Shown here one piece after another: positions 43,880 to 53,365 of a stretch of DNA of 64,000 nucleotides. Source of the DNA: an uncultured Chloroflexia bacterium. Lineage in GTDB: Bacteria > Chloroflexota > Limnocylindria > Limnocylindrales > CSP1-4. Within the stretch, counting starts at the first letter, position 1; the number at the start of each line of letters is the position of its first letter. The stretch is from contig CAVVJT010000007.1 in the NCBI GenBank assembly GCA_963748625.1, forward strand, positions 608,001 through 672,000. The letters run 5' to 3'. The position numbers were made by a program, and so were the translations under genes. Below the pieces are notes generated by a model, which had not been told where the DNA came from, did not search any database, and worked only from the letters and a program-made list of their open reading frames with translations.

Positions 43880-44946
43880 CTAGTAGCTCCACAACTGGAC
43901 GCGGTCGTTGCCGGTGTCGGCCACATAGACCCTCCCTCTCGCATCGACAGCGACCCCGTTGGGGTATTGGAACGTCCCGTTGTCGGCGCCCCTGGCCCCC
44001 GAAGGAGCCAAGGAATTTGAGCTCCACGGGACCCGACGTCGAGATCTCGTAGACGAACACCCCGTGACCGGTGGAGTCGCCGACGTAGACGCGGTTCTGG
44101 CCGTCGATGGCGACGCCACGCGGGAGGCCGAGGTTGCCCTCACCCGACCCGCGGCCGATGCTCGCCACAACGCTGTTGTCGGCCCCGAACACCAGCAGGC
44201 GGCCGTTGCTGCTGTCCGCGACGACGACGTTGCCGTTGGCATCGACGGCGACGCCGTTCGGAAAGTTGAGGCCCTCGGTCTCGCCCATCGTGCGCAGGAC
44301 GGCGCCGCTGCGGTCGAAGACGACCACGCGCTGCGCCGGGCCGCCGACGTCGGTCACGTACAGGTTGCCGGTCTTGTCGAACGCGAGGGCCAGCGGCTGC
44401 CAGCCCTAGAATCGTCCTCGCCAGGGTCGAATGTCCGGGCGTAGGTGCCGTTGGCGTCGTACACGTGGATGGCGCCCGCCGGACGGTCTGTCACGTAGAC
44501 CTCGCCAGCCAGCGGATCGACGGCTAGGTACACCGGCACGTGGTCCACATCCGGGTTGGGCGCTGCCATGACGGCGAGCTCGTTGCCGCTGGCGTCGAAC
44601 ACGCGCGCGATCCGGTCACCGCCTGTCTCGCCGACGTAGATGCGGCTGCCGTCCGCCGTGACCGCGACGCCGACGGGGTGCATTCGCGCCGTACATGGAC
44701 GTCACGTAGCCAGGCATGACGACCTGGCCGGGGAGTGTCGGCAGCGGGCACGGGCTGGCGGAAAAGCAGGTACCAGATGGCGAGTCCGAGCAGCATGGCG
44801 AGGGCTGCCAGCAGGACGAGCAGGAGCACGACCTTGCGGCGGCGGGACTTGCCTTCGCCGGTGCCATCGAGGGGCTGGCTGTCGGTGCCCTCGGGGGCCT
44901 CAGCCCCTTCGGGGATGGCGGTGGGGACGGCGGGGGACGCAGTCAT
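43880..44946 (-). CDS. Membrane-anchored NHL-repeat protein (frameshifted)
   Basis: RRK + TM; PVGVAV, LNFPNGVAVD, LPRGVAID, FQYPNGVAVD..NDRVQLW; paralog of 25573-26778. Confidence 0.8.
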
Positions 44947-45943
44947 CAGTTGGATCCTTCGCTCGGGGACGCGGCCGGGGAGGCCGAGGGCTTGACCGGG
45001 ACGGTGACCCGGCTCAGGCCGAACTTGGCGGTGTCGTCCTCGGGATCGATGGCGAGCGCCTTGCGGTACCAGTCGGCGGCGGCGGCGGTGTCGCCGGTCG
45101 TCTCGGCGATCAGGCCCAGGCCGACGAACGCCTCGATGGCATGCTCGCCGCCGGTGATTGCCTTGAGCCGCTGCTCCGCGGTGGGGATGTCGCCGCTGTT
45201 GAACGCGGCCATGGCGCCTGCCCACTCGGCGAGCTCGGCATCTCCGGTCGCCTTGTAGGCGGTCTCCGAGGAGCGCGTACGGCTCAGCCCAGCCGGCCGG
45301 CACCAGTGCGATCGCCTTACGCAGGATCTCGACGGCCTCGGGGGCGCGATCCGTCGCAAGGTATGCCTTCGCAATCGCATACATCGCATCAGCGTTGGTG
45401 CGCTCGATCTCGAGGGCCCGCCCAAGCTGGTCGATAGCCTCGTCGTTGTTTCCCTGGGCCAGGGCGATCTCACCGCGGCCGAAGTAGGCGGCCGCAAGCG
45501 TGCGGTCCACGTTCGCCATCTCACCGCCTGCAGCGAACTCGACCACGGCGTCGTAGTCCTTGATCGCGTCGTCGTACCGCTCCATCGCCTGGTAGACGCG
45601 GGCGCGGCCCAAGGCTCGCGAGCTCGACCTCCTGGTCGGCATCGATCAGCAGCGTGTACTGGACGATGGCGTCCTCGTAGCGGCCCTTGGCGGCGTACGT
45701 GTCGGCGAGCAGGCCGCGGGCGGCGATGTTCTCAGGCTCTGCGCGGACCTTCTCCTCCATCGCGACGAGCTGCTGGTCAACGATCTCAGCAGTCGGCATG
45801 CGGAAGCGGTCGATGACGTAGAACGCCACGAAGGCGATGAGGACAACAACAAAGAGGAGCGCGATCCGCTTGATCCAGCGGTTCAGCTGCTCCTCAGGCA
45901 TGTTGGTCAGGGACGTGACCCGGGACATGAATGGCACCTTCAC
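44946..45943 (-). CDS. Membrane-anchored TPR protein (frameshifted)
   Basis: N-terminal TM; AAYFGRG, RTNADA, WYRKALAIDP; paralog of 26771-27777. Confidence 0.78.
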
Positions 45944-46199
45944 TCCATGGTCGGCGGATTCGGACGGACCGACCTATGGCAATGCTCGCGGGCGCGACGC
46001 TTCGTTTGCATCCGTCGGGGGATAGAACTGCGATATACGCCGGTGCCTGGGTGCACCAGTTCGTCTATACCCTTTGGCCCATTGGAGCCGCGCTCGCGCG
46101 TGCGCACGCGAGCGAGGGCGTCACCAGGCGGGCAGGTCTAGGTCAGGCCGCACCTCAGTTCGCCGGGTTAGCGAAGCCTTTCCTGTTTGGCAGACGACC

Positions 46200-46750
46200 C
46201 GCGCTGGAACACGGCCACCGGCTGGCTCATCGTGTCGGTCACCGACACCACGCCGCCGGCTGTCTCGATCACGGGTGCCTTGGCCTCCTAAGGACTCGAT
46301 TCGGCCGCGTCGAGCACGGCGACTGCTGAGGACGTGGTCGACGGCGGCCTCGTGCCCGCGTGCACGCTGGCGCGTGACGGCGGTTCGGCGGAGGCGGTGG
46401 ACTGCACTATGGGCGGCTTCGGCTGGGAGCTCGGCCCGGGTGCGTTCGTGTTCGCGGCGAGCGCGTCGGATGCCGCGGGCAACGGTCCTGTTGTTGAAGC
46501 CGTGTCGTTCTCGGTGGCGGCCACGTACCCGTCGATGGTCAATCTCACCCGCCAGTGGGTCACCAAGCCGGGCGTGGCCAAGGACCTCGTCGGGCTCCTC
46601 AACGGGGCGGCGACGGCCGAGGCCCGCAACCAGCTCCAGGACGAGGCCAGCAAGCTCGCCCAGTACCGGGCCCTGCTGGCGGCCCAGTCCGGCAAGGGGG
46701 TCCCGCCGGACAAGGCAGTACTGCTGTCGATGTTCTCCATGGGGCTCTGA
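46200..46750 (+). pseudogene. Truncated C-terminal fragment of a surface/Ig-like repeat protein
   Basis: AGNT...V.DTTPP.V.I motif followed by a TAA stop, then DAAGN..SFSV and a helical tail; no start or signal peptide. Confidence 0.45.
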
Positions 46751-46834
46751 GCTCCCGCTGATCGCACGCCGCGCCTCACCACATTGGGCAACGTGCCGGA
46801 TCGGGGGGCGATCGTGAAGGGAGGCGCTCGTGCG

Positions 46835-46864
46835 TTGACTTCAGATGTTGTTCTGAACTACGAT
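46835..46864 (+). promoter_or_regulatory. Sigma70-like promoter with palindromic operator
   Basis: TTGACT-N18-TACGAT with TTCAGA-N6-TCTGAA between the boxes; ATG 6 nt downstream. Confidence 0.6.
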
Positions 46865-46870
46865 GCCCAC

Positions 46871-47338
46871 ATGACCGCAGCGAACGCCATCCCCTCGACC
46901 ACCTGGAGCTCGTTCCAGCGCGATGCCAAGCGCGTGGCGGACCAGGCCGCAGAGTCCGACATCCTGCTTGAGCGGCGCGATGGACCGGATCTCGTGATCG
47001 GGACGGCGGAACGGCGCGAGGAGCTCGTCGAGAGTGTCACGGTGCTCACCCGTCTGCTGTCCGCCGTGATCCGCGATGTCGAGATGCTCCGCAGGGTCTC
47101 GGATCCGTCGGTGCTGCCCTGGCTCGCGTTCCTCCCCGACCGGGATCGGGAGACGTTTGCCGCCGAGTTCGTCTCGACGACCGCAGCTGCGATCGAGCTG
47201 GGGACGCTGGCCCCTGTCACCGTGCTGCTCCACGAGTGGAAGAACACGGCCCTCGTGCACGCCGATCCGAGGCTTGCCGCCGCGATGCGCCGGGATCACC
47301 CGGGCGCGGGCGAGGCTGTCCCCCGCCCCGGCGGCTGA
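46871..47338 (+). CDS. Putative antitoxin (Phd-like N-terminus)
   Basis: WSSFQR...L.RRDG.DL; LPWL.FLP...FA.E...W..TA...ADP pattern. Confidence 0.6.
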   Translation: MTAANAIPSTTWSSFQRDAKRVADQAAESDILLERRDGPDLVIGTAERREELVESVTVLTRLLSAVIRDVEMLRRVSDPSVLPWLAFLPDRDRETFAAEFVSTTAAAIELGTLAPVTVLLHEWKNTALVHADPRLAAAMRRDHPGAGEAVPRPGG

Positions 47339-47346
47339 CGAACCCC

Positions 47347-47712
47347 ATGGCAGGCAGGCGCGGAGGACGGGTTCCACCGCCACCGCCTCCGGGCGGCTGG
47401 ACCCTGCGCTTTGACGGGAACGCGCCGGCGGAGGGCTGGGAGCAGCTCGTCGGCCAGTTCCCCGGTCCGACCCGGAAGGCGTTCGAGCAACTCGAGAAAG
47501 AGCCGATTGCTCGCTCAGAGCGGCAGCACCGGCTTCGGGGCAGCGAGAGCACGACCACCGTGGGCGGCACGCCGCTCGAGCAGTGGCAGTACGAGCTCAC
47601 CGGTGGCGCCCGCATCCTGTACGCGATCGACCCGGAGAGCCGGACAGTCTGGATCCTCGAGGCGTCGCCGGGACACCCGAAACACACGGAGCGGGTGAAG
47701 GGGAAGCGGTAG
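47347..47712 (+). CDS. Putative RelE-like toxin
   Basis: GWEQL, RQHRLRG, QWQYELTGGARI.Y.ID, HPK.T; follows the antitoxin. Confidence 0.6.
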   Translation: MAGRRGGRVPPPPPPGGWTLRFDGNAPAEGWEQLVGQFPGPTRKAFEQLEKEPIARSERQHRLRGSESTTTVGGTPLEQWQYELTGGARILYAIDPESRTVWILEASPGHPKHTERVKGKR

Positions 47713-47824
47713 GACCACAACAGGACGGCCCCGTGGTGCGAGTCCCCCACGTAGGGCAGAGTGCGCGACCTGACACGGGCTCCCCCTCCGGCAAATGCAC
47801 ATCTGTATTTTTCGGATCGCCTAA

Positions 47825-47853
47825 TTGACTTGTGCGCCTGCCCGTCGCATGCT
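47825..47853 (+). promoter_or_regulatory. Sigma70-like promoter, probably leaderless transcript
   Basis: TTGACT-N17-CATGCT, 6 nt before ATG 47860. Confidence 0.45.
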
Positions 47854-47859
47854 GGTCCC

Positions 47860-48747
47860 ATGCGCTCGACCGATAGCCTGGAACCGGCCCTCGCTGACGC
47901 CGCCGCCGCCGCCTGGATTGCGTTGGGTGCCCAGCTGGAGGGGCTGCCGATGCATGCTGTCGTTGACCTCGAGGGTCTCGTCGTGGCGACGGCCCGGCTG
48001 GGTGATCGTGCCGATGCGCGCACGCGCGGCGTGGCCCTCGACTGGTGCGTCCGCTTCGGTTCAGTGATCAGTGGCAACCGCCTGATGCGCGTAGCAGAGG
48101 AGGCGCTGGCGATTGACCAGACCGCCTCCTTCGCAGCCACCGTCGCGGCGTCAGGCGGTCCGGCGTGGCCGATCGCGGTGCGTGGCCAGCCGTCGGCATC
48201 CGAGATCCGGGATCGCGTCCGTGTGGCGGACCTCGTCTCCACGAGTCGCCTTGCGTGGCGGCTGCGCGCGGCGTTCGGGGCGGTGTCCCGCGCCGACATC
48301 CTCCTCGCGGTCCTGCTTTCCCCGGTCCCACTCACGGTCGCCGAGATCGCGCGCCGGGCCCGCTACACAAAGGGAGCGGTCGCGGCCGCGATCCCGGGCC
48401 TCGCCCTGGCGGGGCTGATCGAAGTCGTGCGCGTCGGACACGAGGACCGCGTCTCGCTCGCGCCCGACTCGGTGGTCGCCGCCTGGCGGCCATCGCCCGC
48501 ACTGCCATACATCGATTGGGTGGCCCGGTGGAAGGTCGGGCTCGAGGTGCTCGACTGCCTCGCGGCAACACGCGATCTCGGCACCGCCGCTGCCGCCGTG
48601 CAGCGGCGGGCCTCGGTGTCGGCATTGCAGGCGGACATCCACGCCTCGGCGCTGCCTCGTGTTGACACGAAAGTGCTCGGGGAGGCGTTCGCGATCGAGT
48701 ACGAGCGCTGGGCAGAGGCCATCGCTGCCGACTTCGTGCCCGTGTAG
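47860..48747 (+). CDS. Hypothetical protein with central winged HTH
   Basis: RLRAAFG..SRADIL....LTVAEIARRARYTK.AV......L...GLI. Confidence 0.55.
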   Translation: MRSTDSLEPALADAAAAAWIALGAQLEGLPMHAVVDLEGLVVATARLGDRADARTRGVALDWCVRFGSVISGNRLMRVAEEALAIDQTASFAATVAASGGPAWPIAVRGQPSASEIRDRVRVADLVSTSRLAWRLRAAFGAVSRADILLAVLLSPVPLTVAEIARRARYTKGAVAAAIPGLALAGLIEVVRVGHEDRVSLAPDSVVAAWRPSPALPYIDWVARWKVGLEVLDCLAATRDLGTAAAAVQRRASVSALQADIHASALPRVDTKVLGEAFAIEYERWAEAIAADFVPV

Positions 48748-48758
48748 TCCGGGGCCCG

Positions 48759-48870
48759 TGATGCGCCTGTGACTCACCCGCGGGGCTAGCGAGCGTGACC
48801 GCGTCGCGAAACCCGACCTTCGCGTCGTGATCGTGCAGGGCCGGGCTGGATCTGATGCGGCGGTGACTCA
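48759..48870 (+). repeat. REPIN-like dispersed element, subfamily 2
   Basis: TGATGC-N4-GTGACTCA boxes 94 bp apart; core CGAAACCCGACCTTCGC. Confidence 0.75.
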
Positions 48871-48984
48871 GGCGGGTGGCGGATCAGCCGAGAGGCGGCA
48901 GCAGCGGGGCGCGGGGACACTTCGAGCCGGTCGGCAGTTGGCGCTCGGTCGGTCCGCCGATACGGTCGGGCGCGGAGGTGGCGG

Positions 48985-49656
48985 ATGCTGGCTGTGGTCA
49001 TCGTCGCGGGGCTGGTGGCGGCCGTCGGGTTCGTCGTGATCGCGGCAGGCGGCGTCATCCCCGTGCTCGGTGATCCGATGGCCGCGTGGCGGGAGCCGGC
49101 ATCGTCTCTGGTGCTCCCGGCGCTGCTCCTGCTTGTGAGCACCGGGTTGCTGGTCGTCGGGGGGCTCGGCCGGGTCCGTCGGCGGGGTGCCAGCGGACGG
49201 CGCCAGGCGGTGGTGATCGGGGCCGTCGCGATCTGGCTCGCGGTCGGTGTCGGCGGTCTGGTGGTCCTGGGCCGCGATCTCGTGCTGCCCGGCACCGCGC
49301 GCGTCGAGGGCCTCCCGGGGCAGGCCGAGCCATGGTCGGGCCCGATGGTGTGCCGGCGCTACCGGTGGGGATCGTTCGAGAGCACGGGTCGGTCGGCCGA
49401 AGTCCAAGTGCCGGCATCGGCCACGGGGGGTGAGGTGACGTTCGCCCTGGTGCTGGCCGGCGTGGACGGGGACAACCCGAGCCTCATCGCCGGTGACGCG
49501 AGGTGGGGGTGGTCGACGGGATCCAGCATGTCGATGGCATCGGCGGACATCAGCGACGACGGTCTGCGGGGCACGATCCTCACGCTGCCCACCCCGATCC
49601 TCCACCGGGACGCCGCTCCGTCGATGGTCTCGTTGACCTGGGACTGCCTCGGGTAG
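48985..49656 (+). CDS. Hypothetical membrane protein
   Basis: Three hydrophobic segments then a soluble domain; GGAGG RBS. Confidence 0.5.
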   Translation: MLAVVIVAGLVAAVGFVVIAAGGVIPVLGDPMAAWREPASSLVLPALLLLVSTGLLVVGGLGRVRRRGASGRRQAVVIGAVAIWLAVGVGGLVVLGRDLVLPGTARVEGLPGQAEPWSGPMVCRRYRWGSFESTGRSAEVQVPASATGGEVTFALVLAGVDGDNPSLIAGDARWGWSTGSSMSMASADISDDGLRGTILTLPTPILHRDAAPSMVSLTWDCLG

Positions 49657-49749
49657 CGGTAGGACGACCGGCGCGGTGCGGCAGTGCAGCGCGCCCCGCC
49701 TGTGGGGCGAATCCGGACCGCGGCCGCACGGCCTGCGCGCCAAACCCCG

Positions 49750-50999
49750 GGTGAATTCAGCCGGTCGATGCAACATCACCTCCGGAGGTCGTGTGGCGTA
49801 CTGGAGGTGACGGATGCGGCGACGGAGATCGGCCAGGGGCAAGCTCCGTGACGGGGACATCGCGGAGATCTGGCGGCTGTTCCATGACGGCCTCGGGCCA
49901 AAGGCGATCGCGAGGACCGTCGGCGCCTCGCACCAGGCGGTCGGCCGGGTGATCGCGGCACGCGGCGGCGTGATGCCCGTCGCCCACGCGGTCCTGCCGT
50001 GGAGGCGGTCGGGCCACCGCCTGCGGCTCGCGGACCGGGAGGAGATCAGCCGGGGCCTTGCCGCAGGCGAGTCCTTCCGGCAGATCGCCGGCCGCCTCGG
50101 TCGGGCGGCATCGACGGTCGCCCGGGAGGTCGGCCGCAACGGGGGCCGCGACGGGTACCGGGCCCACGAGGCCCACGAGGCCACCCGGGAGCGCGAGTGC
50201 CGCCCGAAGCCCACGCGCCTCGCCCGCAGCCCGCAGCTGCAGGCCGAGGTCGAGCGGCTGCTCCTCCTGCGCTGGTCGCCCGTCCAGATCGCGAGCCACC
50301 TGCGGCTGGCGCATCCTGCGGACGAGGAGATGCACGTGAGCCACGAGACGATCTACCGCGCGCTCTACATCCAGGGCCGGGGCGAGCTGCGCCGGGAGCT
50401 CGCCGCCTGCCTGCGCACGGGCCGGGCGAGGCGGCGGGCGATGGCCACGCCCGAGGACCGCGGGCGCATGGCGGGCATGGTCCTGATCAGCGAGCGTCCG
50501 GCCGAGATCGAGGACCGGGCGGTCCCCGGACACTGGGAGGGCGACCTGCTCATCGGCCGGGCCCAGGGCTCCGCCGTCGCCACCCTGGTCGAGCGGACGA
50601 CCCGGTACACCATGGTCGCCGCCCTGCCCGGCGGCCGCTCGGCCCCCGAGGTCCGCGACGCCCTGGTCGGGCTGGTCGCCCGGCTCCCCGACCACCTCCG
50701 GCGCTCGCTCACGTGGGACCGCGGGCACGAGATGGCCGAGCACCTGCGGTTCACGGTCGAGACCGGTGTTGCTGTCTACTTCTGCGACCCCTCGAGTCCC
50801 TGGCAGCGCGGCACCAACGAGAACACCAACGGGCTCCTCCGCCAGTACCTGCCCCGCACCATGGACCTGCGCGAGGTCGGCCAGGCGCAGCTCGACGCGA
50901 TCGCCGCCGAGCTCAACGGCAGGCCTCGACAGACGCTCGGCTGGAGGTCACCATCCGAGGTGTTCGCGGAGGCCGTTGCATCGACCGGCTGAATCCGCC
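49750..50999 (+). mobile_element. IS30-family insertion sequence, 1250 bp
   Basis: 25-bp TIRs GGTGAATTCAGCCGGTCGATGCAAC / GGCGGATTCAGCCGGTCGATGCAAC; 2-bp TSD CG. Confidence 0.93.
49814..50992 (+). CDS. IS30 family DDE transposase
   Basis: VSHETIY, GHWEGD, LTWDRG.EM, SPWQRGTNENTNGLLRQY, LN.RPR. Confidence 0.95.
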   Translation: MRRRRSARGKLRDGDIAEIWRLFHDGLGPKAIARTVGASHQAVGRVIAARGGVMPVAHAVLPWRRSGHRLRLADREEISRGLAAGESFRQIAGRLGRAASTVAREVGRNGGRDGYRAHEAHEATRERECRPKPTRLARSPQLQAEVERLLLLRWSPVQIASHLRLAHPADEEMHVSHETIYRALYIQGRGELRRELAACLRTGRARRRAMATPEDRGRMAGMVLISERPAEIEDRAVPGHWEGDLLIGRAQGSAVATLVERTTRYTMVAALPGGRSAPEVRDALVGLVARLPDHLRRSLTWDRGHEMAEHLRFTVETGVAVYFCDPSSPWQRGTNENTNGLLRQYLPRTMDLREVGQAQLDAIAAELNGRPRQTLGWRSPSEVFAEAVASTG

Positions 51000-51120
51000 C
51001 GACATTGGCGCCCGGACCACGCTCACGACCCGCCGAAATGCCCCACAGGTGGGGCAGCGTGCAGGTAATCGGGGGCCGCGAGGTGGGCCGGAGTGCGGTG
51101 GCGAGACGGCGCGGATGTCG

Positions 51121-51540
51121 TCAGATCGAGCCGGGCGCGGCGACCCAGCGCACCGGCTGGCCCGTCACCGAGGCGATGACGTCGTAGTCGTGGTCGTAGT
51201 GGACGATCATCACCCCATGGCGGGCTGCGACTGCTGCGATGAGGAGATCGGGGATCTTGACCTGGCGGTGGTGCAGCGGCCCTCGGGCAGCCAGCTCACG
51301 GAAGACGCGGCGCGCCTCGTCCCAGTCCGCCGGCTCGGTCCGCAGCCACGGGCAGGCACGCAGGCCCTCCTCCACGGCCTGGAAGTCTGCCCCGTCGCGG
51401 GCGCTCCAGAGCAGCTCCATCGCGACCATGTCGCAGACGGCGATCAGGCCGTCCTCCAGCGCCGGTCCGAACCATGCCAGGCCCGGCTTGCCCTTCCGGG
51501 CCCAGGCCGACGTGTCCGCCAGCTCGAGGCGTTCGTCCAT
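51121..51540 (-). CDS. vapC: VapC PIN-domain toxin
   Basis: ADTSAW, ELLWSAR, PDLLIAA.A, HYDHDY. Confidence 0.88.
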   Translation of the reverse strand: MDERLELADTSAWARKGKPGLAWFGPALEDGLIAVCDMVAMELLWSARDGADFQAVEEGLRACPWLRTEPADWDEARRVFRELAARGPLHHRQVKIPDLLIAAVAARHGVMIVHYDHDYDVIASVTGQPVRWVAAPGSI

Positions 51541-51545
51541 GGCCG

Positions 51546-51758
51546 TCAGCGCGGAAGGTCGCGCTGTGCCCGAAGGGTTGGCAGCACATCCTCGAGCTCC
51601 GAGAAGTCACGACGTGCGAGGCCGGCTCGCCGGCGGCGCGCGACGACGTCACGGAGGGCGGCGTGCACCGTTTCGGTGGTCCGCGTGGTGCCGAGCGCCT
51701 CGGCGGCGTCACGCAGCAGGTCGCGATCGAGGTCGAGCGTGGTGTGGGTCCTGGCCAT
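51546..51758 (-). CDS. vapB: VapB antitoxin
   Basis: TTLDLDRDLL..A...LGT....ETVH.AL; upstream of vapC. Confidence 0.85.
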   Translation of the reverse strand: MARTHTTLDLDRDLLRDAAEALGTTRTTETVHAALRDVVARRRRAGLARRDFSELEDVLPTLRAQRDLPR

Positions 51759-51874
51759 CGGAGGTGCCTCCGCCCGTGCGTTCTCGTGATGCGTGAACTC
51801 TATCACCGCGTCCACGCATCCATCAGGCGATTGATCACGCATTCGGCCCGATGCTCGGTCGGCCACGCAGCGCG

Positions 51875-51987
51875 CGCCCCACCTGTGGGGCGAATTGGGA
51901 TGTCGAACGCAGGGTCTGCGTGCCAAACCCCGGGATGCGCACCCGGCCCACGCTCACAGCGGGCCGAAACGCCCCACAGGTGGGGCA
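51875..51987 (+). repeat. REPIN-like dispersed element, subfamily 1
   Basis: CGCCCCACCTGTGGGGCG ... CGCCCCACAGGTGGGGCA, 95 bp apart and mutually inverted. Confidence 0.85.
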
Positions 51988-52022
51988 GGTGCGCGATCGG
52001 GGACTAGAGCGCAGGCGCCCGA

Positions 52023-52550
52023 TCAGGCCGGCAGTGACTCCTTCGGCGTCTCGAAGTTGGACGGGACGTCCACCTCGATGCCAGTGCCGGGGATCTCGCG
52101 GACCGGGAACCGGACCAGCGGCTTGGGCGGCGCGCCGGCGAGGACGGTGCCGTCAAGCGCGAACTCGCCCTCGTGGCACGCGCACTCGAACTTGGAGATG
52201 GCGGCCGTCCAGGAGTAGCGGCACAGGCCGTGCGTGCAGCGCGGGTCGTAGGCGACGAGGTCGCCCTCGGCCGTGCGCAGGAGCCAGGTGGAGCCGGGGA
52301 TCCGCTCGCCGTTGGACGCGACGACGCTGAACGGGACTTCCTGCGGGGTGCCGGGGACGAGACTCGCGGGGTCGATGTCGAGGGCGATGGTCTGCGGGGG
52401 TCCCGAACAGGCAGCAAGGACCGCGCCGAGGCCGCCCGAGGCCACGACGGCACCTGCGCCCATGAGGATCAGCATCGATCGTCGCGGGACGGGCGTGGAA
52501 CGCGGATCGAACGCCGGACCCTCCTCGGGCCGGCGGCCTGTGTTGCCCAT
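52023..52550 (-). CDS. Rieske 2Fe-2S protein with Tat-like/lipoprotein signal
   Basis: RR..L signal, LAAC; CTHGLC and CACH.G.F..DG..GAPP.PL motifs. Confidence 0.88.
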   Translation of the reverse strand: MGNTGRRPEEGPAFDPRSTPVPRRSMLILMGAGAVVASGGLGAVLAACSGPPQTIALDIDPASLVPGTPQEVPFSVVASNGERIPGSTWLLRTAEGDLVAYDPRCTHGLCRYSWTAAISKFECACHEGEFALDGTVLAGAPPKPLVRFPVREIPGTGIEVDVPSNFETPKESLPA

Positions 52551-52562
52551 GTTCGGGAGAGC

Positions 52563-52952
52563 CTACCCCGAGACCGCGCTCGGCTGCAGGCCGCGATCCT
52601 GGTCGTTGCGCGCAACACCGCTGACAGCCTGGCGGATGGCGGCCAGGAAGTCGTCCGGCTTCGACGCCAGGGACTCCCGCTTGAGGGTCCACGCGCTGGT
52701 GGTGGTGATGTCGACGTCGAGCACGAGGGCCGATCCGGATCGCCGCACGATGTCCGCGGCGTCGATCCTGCCGCCCTCCTCCACCACGATCACGGCGGGC
52801 GCGCTGGCGAGCGCGGCATCGACGGCAGCCGTCTCGCAGACGTCCACGGCCTCGACGATGATGCCGGGTTCGGCGGCCAGCATCCGGCCCAAGCCCTCCC
52901 CCATCAGGGGATGGCTGTACAGGACGAGGACCCTGACGGGCTCCGGTGACAC
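52563..52952 (-). CDS. Degenerate stand-alone receiver-like protein
   Basis: VRVLV...HPL..EGL..ML...P.I; lacks the canonical acidic pocket. Confidence 0.55.
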   Translation of the reverse strand: MSPEPVRVLVLYSHPLMGEGLGRMLAAEPGIIVEAVDVCETAAVDAALASAPAVIVVEEGGRIDAADIVRRSGSALVLDVDITTTSAWTLKRESLASKPDDFLAAIRQAVSGVARNDQDRGLQPSAVSG

Positions 52953-53160
52953 GTTCTCCCACCCACTCCACAGCCCGCGACGGGGCCGTGCTCCGATGCT
53001 AGGGGAGGGTCCGATGTCGTCCAATCCGTCGCAGGGCACAGCCGGACCCGCGAATCCCTGTATCCGAAGGGCTACCGGCCCAAGGAATCCGTGCCGAACG
53101 GCGCATCCGGCCGACGGCACCCACCGCGTCGGGACCTCAATCCACCCCCGTTGCCCCGAC

Positions 53161-53272
53161 TGAGTCACGTATGCATCAATTCAGGTCCGGCCCCGCACGA
53201 CCAGGCCGCGAAGGTCGGGTTTCGAGGCCCGGCCACGCACGTACCGGGGCGGATTGAGTCACAGCCGCATCA
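53161..53272 (-). repeat. REPIN-like dispersed element, subfamily 2
   Basis: TGAGTCAC-N4-GCATCA boxes 94 bp apart; reverse complement aligns with 48759-48870. Confidence 0.75.
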
Positions 53273-53365
53273 AGTTCCCGAAGGTGCTGTCGATGCCACC
53301 AATGTGCGGCATAAGCGCGGCATACGCGCGGTCTAAGTACGACGTGAGCGGACTCCGCTACAACC

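Larger units (their letters stand above)
49692..51056 (+). repeat. REPIN-like subfamily 1 element interrupted by IS30
   Basis: Boxes at 49692 and 51039; removing the IS and one TSD restores the 95-bp spacing and the CAAACCCCGAC core. Confidence 0.85.

Noticed and set aside
43770-46200. GEMM (c-di-GMP/cGAMP) riboswitch upstream of the OmcS-like genes, as in Geobacter
   Set aside because: I could not recognise the motif by eye; an Infernal search would be needed to exclude it
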